A stretch of 63,968 nt of DNA, the filler included, from Gonapodya sp. JEL0774 (taxonomy: Eukaryota), in the NCBI GenBank assembly GCA_027604505.1. It is 5 parts of 5 records of this genome, joined end to end, with 100 filler letters (N's around TTAATTAATTAA, not from the genome) between each part and the next. Parts side by side here need not be neighbours in the genome. Positions count along the whole stretch, not along the records: positions 39,933 to 52,901 come from JADIIX010000332.1; positions 53,002 to 63,968 come from JADIIX010000370.1; 3 more parts are not named here. The stretch is one strand, 5' to 3'. The position numbers were made by a program, and so were the translations under genes. The notes beneath the pieces are model-generated. The model made no database searches and was not told the DNA's origin. It saw only the letters and a program-made list of their open reading frames with translations. Numbering within the stretch: position 1 is the first letter of the stretch; every line of letters begins with the position of its first letter. Shown here piece after piece: positions 49,650-60,971 of the stretch.

Positions 49650-49709
49650 CAGAACTCGCCGGAATCAAAAAAAATAGAAAAAAAAAAGGCCGTCGCGGTG
49701 TGCAACGAC
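49650..49709 (-). promoter_or_regulatory. Conserved upstream motif copy 2
   Basis: AGAACTCGCCGGAATCAAAAAAAA...GCGGTGTGCAACGAC, upstream of a TATA-like ATTATAAA (49613-49620, minus strand) of paralog A. Confidence 0.5.
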
Positions 49710-49966
49710 GACAACGAGCGTGGGCGGGATTGTAGGATTTTCCATCCCTGACAGAGTGAAGTGAATCAAATTTTGAAAGAGTGGTAATGAGCTTGTTCTC
49801 TGTTCAGTGAAGTAGGAGATAGAGGGGTAGACAGGGCAACGGTGTGTCGACGAGCAAGGAAACGAAGATAGTGATAGTCGGTTTTGGTAGGAACGACCGT
49901 GAACAAGATTTGAAAGAAGAGAATGGATTTTGATAGAGTATTACAGTAAATGATGAGCTATTTGCT

Positions 49967-52193
49967 TCACATTCCTTCGTATGACTTCCCGTCGAATGTC
50001 CTTTTTCTGTTGCCAACACGCCTGATGGGACCAGTGCCAACTTCACCTTGGGATTCAGGCACCACACTCAGCACTTCAGAAACCACCTCCTTCGGCGCCT
50101 TGTTCCTCACACGCCTGGCCTTTGGAATACCTTTACCCTTCTCCACGACTGCACCATTCTGTGCGGTTCGGGCACTCGAGGTCGCAAGCGCTACCAGAGC
50201 CCGCTCGGCTTTCGTCTTAGCTTGCCGTTTTAGTCGAACTGGTGTCACAACCGTGCTGACGGAGGAGGCTGAGCCATCGTCATCGGAGGCGGACTCACAA
50301 TCGGTATCTGGCTGAGTGTTTGGAATAAAGGTTGGCTCTGGAACAGGAGAAGGGGAGAGCTGACGTGGTTGGCGGAGGAGTTCTGGCTGCTTTTCCAAGG
50401 AAATAGGAGTACTAGGTGGTGATATGACGTCAAACTGAGATTGAGGGATACGGAGTGTGGTCACATCGAAGGTGTTCGAGCGACTCTTGGCTGCTTCCAA
50501 AAGCGCCTCTAGATTGGCGATCTGGGCGTCCCGCTGAGCTGCCATGCTCTGGAACTGCGAAAAGAGATGCTGAACTCCGCGCTCTCGCTCCGCGACCTCT
50601 TCACGGAGAGAATTGCATGTGTCTGATGCGTGCTGAAGCTGGGATTGTAAATCCGCGATCTGTTGACGCAGTTGTTGGGTGTTGTCCTCGATACGAGACT
50701 TTGCTTGGAGTTCGGTTCTCAGCGTGTGATTCTGACGAAAGACTTCTTCGACCTGTTCGAAGTTTGGATACTTAAAGAGTGAAGAGAGATGTAGGTAAGT
50801 GATTCTATGGGAGGGTGTTGCATGGAAGAAACCTAGCGTTTACACACCTGATTGATAGTGTTCCTGAGTTTCAGTATCTCGCGATCTTTGGAGGCAAGAT
50901 CTTGATGTAGACGAGCAATGATTTCCTCTTTGGAACGAGAAATCTGCAGGGATGAATAGGGGGGAGAAATGAGTTATAGATATGATGAAGATTCTGAGTC
51001 AACTCACCATGGCAATATCCTCTTTGTGCTGTTCACGCAGAGTATTGCATTGGTTGGCGTTGTGCAGCACCTGATCTCGTAAAGACGCGATCATTTTTTC
51101 CTGGCTAACGAGCATGTCCTTGTCGTGAGACCCTATTTGGCAGAGATTGTCGGTGAGATCCTGTATTTGATTGATGAGGTCTGCGACCAGAGCGTCCTTT
51201 GTCAACTGAAAGGGAGATCAGAGATGTAGGTAAGAGATGATGAGAGTGGGTGTCGCATGTGAGAACTCGATACACACCGAGTTAGTGGAAGCCTTGAGAT
51301 TCTGTATCTCTTCCTCTTTGTCGGCAAGGTTGCGGCGCAGCAAAGCAATGGTTTCGTCTTTACCGCGAGAAGAGCTCTGCAGGGATGAACGGTAGGGAGA
51401 AATTGAGTCAGAGATCTGAAAAGAAGTGCTGGTCAAACCGTAAGATGCAGAGTCGACTCACGTGAGTAAGCTGCTTCTCAAGTTCCTGGATTGTGCGATC
51501 TCTGCGCCCTACCCTTCCCTCGAGTTCTTTGACTTGACGAGCAAGTTCGGATGATGAGGTGTCCTGACTGGAATTTGGAGAGGACTCGAGAAATTTGTGG
51601 GTCATCTGAAAGGATAACAAGTGTATGAGAGATGAGAAGTACTGCGTACAATACGAGGGAGAATAGAGAACATACCCTGAGTTTCTCGTCCAAACGCTTC
51701 CGCATGTCAAGGTCGGCTTTGGCTTCTCTCCAAACGTAGTTCACAGCGGCCACCTTCGACATACGGGAGTAGGGTAGTGTCCGTCCAAGGACAGGTGGCA
51801 ACTCGTCAACGTTAATGCTGTACAGGCCCCAGTACAAGTAGATGTCTTGATTGTTTGATCCGAGGTTGAATTGAAAACCGTCCGAGTCTTTCACAGAGAG
51901 AGTAAGCCCGTCGAGGACTGGGACAGGTAGCTCGGACTGTCGAAAGCGAAGACAGAATGACTGGAAAGCTTTCTGCTTCGGGGAACAACGGCTAATTGAG
52001 GTTTTCAGGAACGAGGCAATAACCGGAATAGTCATGGAGTCGCAGTAGAGGCGAAGAGTGTCGTCGGTGACCCTGAGCAGAGACAGGCGATGCAAATGGG
52101 TGAGTGAGTGTAAGGATAACAATGCATACGGCTGCGTCATGTGGAAGGTACTCACATAAGGTTCAAGTATTTGGAGCTGTGTGACGACGACAT
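49967..52193 (-). CDS. Unknown protein, 'YWG' domain + repeated coiled-coil exons + basic tail (paralog B), multi-exon
   Basis: ATG 52193 MSSSHSSKYLNL splices in frame to VTDDTLRLYC...YLYWGLYS. Short coiled-coil exons lie at about 51470-51600, 51280-51380, 51010-51205 and 50850-50945. The final exon ends at 49967. Confidence 0.6.
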
Positions 52194-52442
52194 TACTTTG
52201 AATCTGAGTTGAGGGTGTGTGGGTGAGTGTGAGCATAGCGATATAAAAGGGCAGGAACATGTGGAAGGTACTCACATAGCTGGGTGATATGTAAGAGAGA
52301 GGAGAGATGATGAGACGGAATGGCAATGGATGGGTGAGGTAGAAGAGTGGTGCTTATAAGGGTATGAGAGATGGGGCACAGACCCGGCTGACAACGGGCT
52401 GGCCCCAAAAAAAAAAAAAAAAAAAGAAATGTTCCGGTAGTA

Positions 52443-52901
52443 ATGCCAAAGGAGCAAAAGAATGGGGAGTGGAGCTACAGTAAGGGAGGTCAGTGGGTTA
52501 AGATGGGGTGGCGGAGAAGAATGCAAAGTGAGCTGAATATGGTTTGTCGTGGGGCGTTGAAAGGAACAGAGATGTTGACTCAAACAATTTTTTTTTATGT
52601 AGGTGTAGAGGAAGTAACGAGAGAAGGAAATAACATCATGGAAGAGACAAAAGGAGAGAGTGTAGAGAAAGTTGTTAGTGTGTGGAAGAAGCAATGTGAG
52701 CATGGGAAGAGACTATCACGATGCAACCAGTGTCCAGGAGGGGGGCAAGAGCTGTGTGATCATGGGAGGCAAAGGCATACATGCCGTGTGAGCCCATGTG
52801 GAGGGAAGAGTACCATGTATTGCGAACATGGTAAGCACAAGACGAGGTGCATAGAGAAAGAGTGTGGAGGAGGAGGGTCATTGTGTGAACACGGGAAGAG
52901 A
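52443..52901 (+). CDS. CEHG-type Cys/His zinc-binding repeat protein (3' end cut at spacer)
   Basis: CEHGKRLSRCNQCPGGG, CDHGRQRHTCR..PCGG, CEHGKHKTRCIEKECGGGG and CEHGKR. The start may be the Met at 52638. Confidence 0.75.
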
Positions 52902-53001
52902 NNNNNNNNNNNNNNNNNNNNNNNNNNNNNNNNNNNNNNNNNNNNTTAATTAATTAANNNNNNNNNNNNNNNNNNNNNNNNNNNNNNNNNNNNNNNNNNN
53001 N
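52902..53001. other. Artificial contig spacer
   Basis: 44 N + TTAATTAATTAA + 44 N. Confidence 0.97.
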
Positions 53002-53575
53002 ACGTCCACAAACTGTATGTCGACATAGAGTGACACGCCTTCTTCCCCGTCACGCACATCGGTGCGGAGGTATTCGCCTGAGACAAAGTAAGGTCCTTGG
53101 GTCACGTCAGCTTCGAGTATGCAGGTGCCCGAAGAGGTGAAAAGAGATGTGGACGGGGAGGAGGCAGAGAGGCCAGTGAGGGTGGACTTATGGTCTTTGG
53201 AAAGAACGGAGGCCAGATCACGTTCTTTGCGGGAGAAGAAGTGAGGTGCAATTTTGGGTCGACAAAATGACGGAACGAGATCGTCAATGTAGAAAATGCA
53301 GGTTGCGAATCAGGTAGGTTCTGGTCTTGGTGGAATCACTCACTTTTCAGGTCGTTCTTTGCCTTGAGATCGTAGTACAAGCCCGCTCGCCTGGCCAAGG
53401 CCCGCTTGGCAATCAAGCCGCTGTTCAGTTCATTTTGGCAGCCTGCGAGAGTGCGCCTGTGCAACGTGGACGACCGAGCGTGTGAAGCTGCTTCTGAGTG
53501 AACCTCGCCTGGGTGGGCCAGCGATGAGGCTGCGAGAGCTGCGAAGGCCGCGAGAGTTGCGAGAGTGAAGCGCAT
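53002..53575 (-). CDS. Secreted intradiol ring-cleavage dioxygenase-like protein, 5' part (cut at spacer)
   Basis: Signal peptide MRFTLATLAAFAALAASSLAHPG...RRTLAGC. A downstream exon reads GPYFVSGEYLRTDVRDGEEGVSLYVDIQFVDV, typical of fungal extracellular dioxygenases. Confidence 0.82.
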
Positions 53576-56500
53576 TGCTATGATTGTAGAAAGTGAGATT
53601 TTCTTCACGGAAAGTGGAAGGGAGGAAGCGCAGCGGAGATGAGCGGACGGAGTTGGGACGAAGTGGGTTGTGGGGAACTCACGAATTAAGAGAAGCAGCA
53701 GGAAGTCGGATGTGGAGCAAGTCTGAGAATTGGAGATGGAGCTGCATTTGCTCGTTGGTTTTTATAAGGTGGAGACTGGAAACAAATGAAAGGTTGGGGT
53801 GATCCGCTCCCCATGCTCAAGGATCCCGCCCAGTTTGAGACCTTGTCCCCATATGAAGCTTGTGAAATTCATTTGTAAACAGTTTTCATTACGATCAAAA
53901 GGTCGTTCACTTTTATCGTTGCGAGCAGAGGGGATTTCTCAACAGATGGTGAATGGTAATTTTCATCCCAGTCCAAGAAGAAATGTCTTCGAACGAAGGC
54001 GTAAAGAGAGATTAACCCACATCACAAAAAGTAAAAAATTAATGAAAGGTTAAAGCGGAGTTAATACTTGGTTATTCTAGATGTCATATTGAGAAATATG
54101 GATAAAAAGGGAGTGCCGTGGGAGGGTCTGCTTAGTGGGGAAGTGCGGGGACAGGTCGCCCAAGGGAGCAGGGCAACTTCCCAGGGTTCATTCATTTGTC
54201 CAAAAAGGAATGTGACCCGCTGCCGGACCTGCATAAGCTTTATCCACGAGCAAAACTGAGTGCGATCAGCGTTCAGAACCGCGTTGGGGTCTGAAAGAGC
54301 TCCTTCCGGTTTCCGATGGGTCACTAATCTTGGACCATTGAATTATCCGGCCGATCCAAGTACTGTTTCTTTTAATATTTTACTAATCGTGATTGTAGGA
54401 GGTACAGGTTTGACGTCTAATACGGGATTGTAACACCGTGGGTACGAATAGAGATGTCGTGTTGACAGAGACTCAAACTGGTCCGGCAGTCGCGCTTTCA
54501 CCAGATCTGCCTACAGAGTGCGCCTTTACATTTCTGCGCCGTCAGGAAGTTCTTGTTCCTGTCAATCTGCGTGATCTCCGTTTCCATCACACTTTTTATT
54601 CTTAGATGCCGGCATCCGACACGACACTCATGTCTACTACAAGGATCATGAAGACTATTGAACAAGCGGCGATTGCGGGGAGTGCGGTGGCAAACGCATG
54701 CACGATGCTTTCCCGGTCGAACAGTGGACACCAAGAGTACCTACCACCACGGAAGCATCTGAACCTGGAGATGCGATAAGAGAAAGGTTTGTGGGACACA
54801 GGAGGCTGCCCAATCAAAGGAGCGTCAACGGAACATCCACGTGGCACCCGAAACCTTGAGTGACACCATCTACATAGCTTCAACACTTGTCGTTCGGGCT
54901 GTTGCGATTTCATCATAGTGAACATATGTACAATGTGTTGGAATTACCGATCTCTCCCCACATGACACAATACTCTCGGCCGGAGCCATTTGTCATTTGT
55001 GCATGCGAATTTCCATTATTTCGTTCTAGATTTGGTACGTGGAATTGCCACCGTGAGCGCTGAGTGGGTTGGTGCTTTGTTTGCAAAGATGTGTGTTCTT
55101 ATAACAGCGAGGCACCATTACAATGCATGAACTATCGCCTGCATGATAAGTGCATTTTTCATGTGTACTTGTTGCAAAACCTCGAGTGATGCTGGACTCT
55201 GTGTGGCGTTTGCTCGGTACGCTGCCACCTGCAGAAAAGCTCCGATGGTGAACTGCTTTCGAGCAAATCAATGCCCGATGCGGTGGAAACACTCGAGGAA
55301 AGTGTGAGAGGTGCAATGGCGGTCTAAGAAGGGACCAATTTTGTGCAGTCGAAAGAGTATTTCCACCACATCACCCAACTTATCTCTCTGATACTGGAAC
55401 CAGCCCGAGACCTACTTGTTCATAGATCTTTTGCTTGATCGCTCTCGAGCGGATTTCCGTGGAGGAAGCCGACTGATGGGCTTTGGATGATATGGATATA
55501 CTGGGTTGTCGTTGTTGAGGAACACCAGATCATGATGTCGATTGTTCTCAAGCAACTCTGTTATGAAGATTCCCGGCTCGCTACGGCAAACTTTCACTCT
55601 CTTCTAATCTTTGATTCTCGGTGGTTGTTTCCTGTCACTGTCATGAGTTTACACATAATCCGCCTACTCTCCACCATGAAACCTCACAAAGCAGTCAGAG
55701 TGATAATGTTGAGTGATGTATCAACGGGTTCAGAGCGCGATGATAGTGGTGCCTTTCCATTCCAATATCAAAGGAATCACGCGGAGCAGAGGCAACGTCA
55801 GTGTCTTTACAAGTCCGCTGAGCCAAGCGTCTCCTCGCCGCTTCAACTCTCCACCCCACACTCACGAAAATACCGTGTCCGCTCCGGAGTTCTTCTCTCC
55901 TCCGCAATCAAAATCTCTTCCCTTGCGATATCAAAGACCCTCGGAAGGAACGAGTCCTTTTTGTTGAGGTTGACGTCGTGGTCAAGTTCGATGTGTTTGG
56001 TCCGTGGAGACCACTTCCACAACGTTCTGTATTACGGTGCGATGCTTTGTGTGTGATAAAGGAGGTAATACAGAAACTCACTGAGTGTTGGCAGCGAAAC
56101 GATGATGAGGGTTTAATGTCACAGGATGGTTCCGACGCAACTACATCCATTCTTTTTTTTCAAAATCTAAAGCTGCTAAACTCCACCTATTACCGTTGAA
56201 TTAATTGTTGTCCACCGAATGGGATCTCCTGAGTATCCTTTTTGAAAGCCAGTCATGCTTGGATGCCGTGAGTCTTTACAGGAAGAATCTCTCCTTTCCC
56301 ACCCGGCGGCGCTATCATCCACTTCAGCATGCGAAATACTACTCAATGGAAGTATTGAACGATCAATCCAGGGTAAACTGCGGTTTACTCTCGTGGACGA
56401 ACCAGAGAAACGGCCAATTTCTCGAGTACCATTCTAATCATTCCGTCGGATTGCACCTAACTTGCTGGTTCATTACTGACTCAGGAAGCACCAAGCGCCT

Positions 56501-58416
56501 CAGCCGGCCGGATTTGCCTGTTGGACTTGATATCCGTGTATTGGTCCAGCTCTTGCTCTCCACACGCAAATGTGCAGTGTTCATTGTACAAACAGAACCA
56601 CATTCCATGTCTTCGGGGACCCATCACAGCACGTCTTTGCCCAAAGCTGGTTATGGCCCACATCACCTTACCTTCGAGTTCTGGTAAAAATACGGTCCAT
56701 CGTCCACCAGAATCCCCGCCATACGACGAGAAGTGCCCCGCCAAGTATGCAAATCTTGACCGTGTGCCTGGGCACAGGTGGCACCCGCTTTCACACACGG
56801 CATCCTCTTCCGAGTGCAGATCGCTCAGGTAGGTTGTTGTTGCTTGCATCTTTGCCGCGGAGTTGCCAACGTTAATATGTCCCCGAGGTCTAGTCACTGA
56901 GAGGTCTCTGAATTCTTGGGGCTTCGGTAGGAAGTTCTTGTCCACATTTATTTTCAGGTGGAGACTTGTCTGTTGGTGCAAGAACCCACAAAGACATGTC
57001 GTGCCCTTATGTTGTCCACGTTGCCCTATGCACTGTATTTGGGAGTGGTTCCGGACATGATGTGGTTGATGATCTTGAGGACTTGGAACATGCGGCATGA
57101 GGGGAGCGCGCTGCAGTTTAGGTCGAAGTTGACACGTGTGCTGGGAGGCACCAGTTGGGGGAAGATGACAGAGTGGGGAGCAAAGGTATTCGTGTGAGAT
57201 CAATGCGAGAGAGACAAGAAGGAGGATGGAGCGGAGTGGTGTAGGAGCCCGGCAAATTGTGGCTTGAATCAGAATGAGCTTCGTTCCTCCAACAACACGA
57301 ATGTCTTATTACGAAAGATATGCGCTGAATGGAATCCTCTGCACTTCCGAACACAGTGTAAGACATATATAATTTGAGTGATGCATCACTCGCTGGCCCG
57401 GCGCGAAACTGGTGGATTCAAAGATGGGAGCTGAAGATATACGACGTCCAGAAATTGACACACTCAAGAATCATACCTCCTTTTATGCTCGCAATTTCTT
57501 GCACCTGTTTGCTTGATCAACTAGGAAGAGGGGAGAAGACAAGACTCTCAGGTGGCACGCCGCAGAGAACGAAACTTCCGTGTCTGCCGTTCCAGTCACA
57601 GTGGCCTATTCAACAGACCTCTGAGTGCATTGAGTGGCGACGAATACAGGATATTTGCGGTGAGCTTATGACTCATCATCTTCGTCATACCGTAGAAAAT
57701 CTCCGCCTCCAGTGAATTTCTTCACATGAAGAGTCGACTTCTAACCGGGCCTACCGGCTGGATTATCTTAGATCCTGTCCCGGACTCGCAAAAGTTTGAT
57801 ATGTACCAAAACTTTGTACCGGTATGCTGTAATACCAAAGGGTATATTTGAGCGTTTATCGGAGAGGGACCGCCGCGGAACCAACCGAAGAGCCTGGGCT
57901 GCCAGATTGACATGTGACAGGGCTGGACCCGTCAGGGGCGGGAGGGGACAATGGAGAACGCAAAGCGTAATGCAAAACAGGACGTAGGAGGTTGGACATT
58001 TGCATTTTTTTGCCAGAGTTTTAAGAAGATAAATTCAATGGTGAGAAACCATTCTACCTGATATGCATACCCCCGCAGAAAGTGGACTCATCAGAACATG
58101 CAAAAGCACTAGATTCCGAATACACATAAAGAGGCGTCACCAGGAAAATAGCTCAATGAAGAGAAAAACACCAAGGGGGGTGAGGGGTGAGTCATAGTGT
58201 CCTTTGGAACCTCCCGGTCGTTGTGAGACCCTGGAGAGGGTAGGGCCGTCCCCTCGCTATGCAGAAACCGGACGACTTTCAAAACTCTTCACGCGAAGCA
58301 GCTTCAACTCAACGTTAACTCAACACAACTTCAACTTCAACTCTCTGCTGCCCGCTCTCTCTCCTCCCCTCCCCGCTTCGACTTCTCCCCCAACATCCAC
58401 TCAAAGGTTGTCTCCA

Positions 58417-60572
58417 ATGCCTCCAACCGGCACAAAAGTACCACGCCACGTATGTCAAGTATGCGATGCTGCCTTCTACAGAAATTCGCATCTCGAGAGG
58501 TGTGTCTTTGTGAAGCCGTTAAGAAGCTGGCAGAGGTGTATGCGGCTCGTTACCCCGCCGCGATCGGCAAAGTTGTCGACTCTCACAAATTGAAAGAGAA
58601 CTTTGCTCCAAATCTGTGCTGGATACTTGTAGCGATCCGGACACTCGGACACTCTCTCACAGGACAAATGGGGTACTACGGCGTCCACCACTCCTCGTCT
58701 GTGGAACTCTGTATCGCACCACCGAGCACCAGATTTCGAATTGGGATCACTGAATTTTGTCACCATGCAATGGAGTGCTTCGGGTTGTAATGCACTTGTT
58801 TTGGTTCTGCTGGTTCGGATGTCTACGGAGGCTTTGCCGCTTGCTGCTTGAAAGTCGTTCGTCAGCTAATCTGTTTGCCGGCGCTGAAATACATGGAGAT
58901 GTACATCTCGAAGATCACGACGAAAGTCTCTATTCGATTATCTCTTTTGTGAATCCCTTTCCTCCCTTCCGCTCTTTCGACATGACGTAATGCGTTTGGT
59001 CAACGTACATTGCTCATTCCGCACAAATATCTCCGCTCAACCCTTCTATCCTCACCAAAACCCTATTCTTCACAACTTACACACATCTACCACTTATTCC
59101 CTTCAATGCACGTGCTCCAAACAGGCACGCCAAAACCCATCTCTCCTATAAAGAACATTCGTGTGCATCATGCGGGCGCGACTTTGTCAGAAGGGATAAC
59201 TTAATGAGGCATCTGAGGATGTGAGTGTGCCATGTAGGCTATTGTGCTCTGCGCCTGGTACACACTCTTGTTCACGCTCTTCACGCACTCTCCCACACAA
59301 TACCACGTCCCTTCCCCACCCCTTCGCCATCAATCGTCGCTCCCTCACAACAGGTTTCACCCAGCGTACTTCACCCAACATCCCCCTTCGAGTAACTCCC
59401 CCATCATCAACCCTACCACCCGCAAACGCGCATCAAAACGGGAGCGAGCTTCCTTCTCATCGGAATCGGTCAAGAGTGCGGAGTCAGTGCCTAGCCCCAA
59501 GAAATTTGTGGACTCTGGTGAGTTGCACGCATGCATTCATGCCTCACTGAACAAGGGATTGATTTTGGGCCAGCGGATCGATAAACATCACCCATCCGAC
59601 AATCTTTCACCAATTTGAGACGCGGACCGGGCCAGCGGATTGGGAATGCGGCACACTATTGAATGCGAAACATCGTTGAGCTGTTTTGCTTTAAATTTTC
59701 CCCCACCACCCACAGTTTTCGAAACCCCACCTCCATCCCCGAAAAGCCATTCCATCTCTACATCGCTCGCAACCTTCTCAACATTCCCTAGCACGTACGC
59801 CTCCCCTTATGCATGCAACCCCAGCAACAGTTCCTTTCACTTTCCTCCAGATAGTTCCGCTTCTGCTCTGGGAACGCAGCCTCCCTCCACATCATTCTAT
59901 CCACACTACAACTCCGATCAACATTCATTGACACACACCCGAAAATCGTCCTCCCACGGTCTGTACCCGGACGAAGTGGATCGACCGCCACTACCTCAGT
60001 TGTTGCACCACTCCAACATTGACAGTCCGGTACGTCCAGGTGACACCAAAACAAATTGCGCTGATGAATCAAGTTGCGCTGATCGACATACTCAACAACG
60101 GTACGGCCAGAACCAAGCACGTTCTGGCGCCACTCACCGCTCATCATCCACCAGCACCGAAGTGGCCCGTGCCACCGTGGCTCACTTCCCCTCCCGATAC
60201 TTACCTGCACCTGTCAATCCGGCATCACGGGACAAAACCTGTGTCTATGGGAGAGATAGAATGCAAGTTGGTGAACGAAGCTTGTCGTGGAGATCCACAA
60301 CGGAACCTGTTTCCCGTTGGAATTCAGCCTCCACGCCCGCCTCCCCACCCCCTTATCTGTCGCCTCAATCACCACTCACCACGCTTCGTGTTATGGAGTC
60401 CTCGTTCCCAGTCGCTCTCGATTCGGAGCTGGCACTCCCACCACTGAGATACCTCGTGGAGGGAGATGGATGTCGTGATGGAAATGGGTCGGGGTCGGGC
60501 TTTGTGACAGTGGGACTACCGGTCTTGGAACCGCTTGTAGAGGTGGAAACCAGGAAAGGGGTGTGGAGCTGA
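58417..60572 (+). CDS. C2H2 zinc-finger transcription factor (two fingers split by an intron, Pro/Ser-rich tail)
   Basis: HVCQVCDAAFYRNSHLER|HAKTHLSYKEHSCASCGRDFVRRDNLMRHLR, with exon 2 at about 59144. Low-complexity C-terminal ORF 59640-60572. Internal exon structure is approximate. Confidence 0.78.
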
Positions 60573-60971
60573 GGTTTTGGTGGCCCACCGAGTGGATTTG
60601 AGTGATTTTTGGAGAGGAGCTGAGGCTCTTGCGTGTCTTACGGAAAGAAATGTTGAGGTTGATGCGGAGAGAAAGAGACACCTCAGGGCATCGAAGGAAA
60701 GCACATGAGAGGTGTTTTGTGCAAGGACGGTCCGCGTACATGCAATATTGTTATTGTGCACAAAAGCTAATGCGAATCGATGTGTTGCGAAGCCAATGTA
60801 TACATATGTTGAATGAGCTCTGTTTCTCATTCGGGGTCTTGCGCGCCCGTTAACATAACGTTTCGGGTTACATACCAGCCTCAAACCGAACCGCACGAGC
60901 AACGTGGGCTCGCAATAAATATCAGAACGCACAATAAATCGATTCCGCTTGTCAACACAGCGACCCGTCCC

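Larger units (their letters stand above)
39933..52901. mobile_element. Virus/plasmid-like replicon contig (two D5/SF3 helicase genes, origin-like iterons, cargo genes); ends not captured
   Basis: Primase-helicase, helicase-nuclease, iteron array and CEHG-repeat protein, with no housekeeping genes. Element-specific repeats recur across the contig. Confidence 0.75.

Noticed and set aside
54000..58200. Multiple 60-240 aa ORFs
   Set aside because: No recognisable motifs or consistent exon chain; treated as intergenic or degraded sequence.
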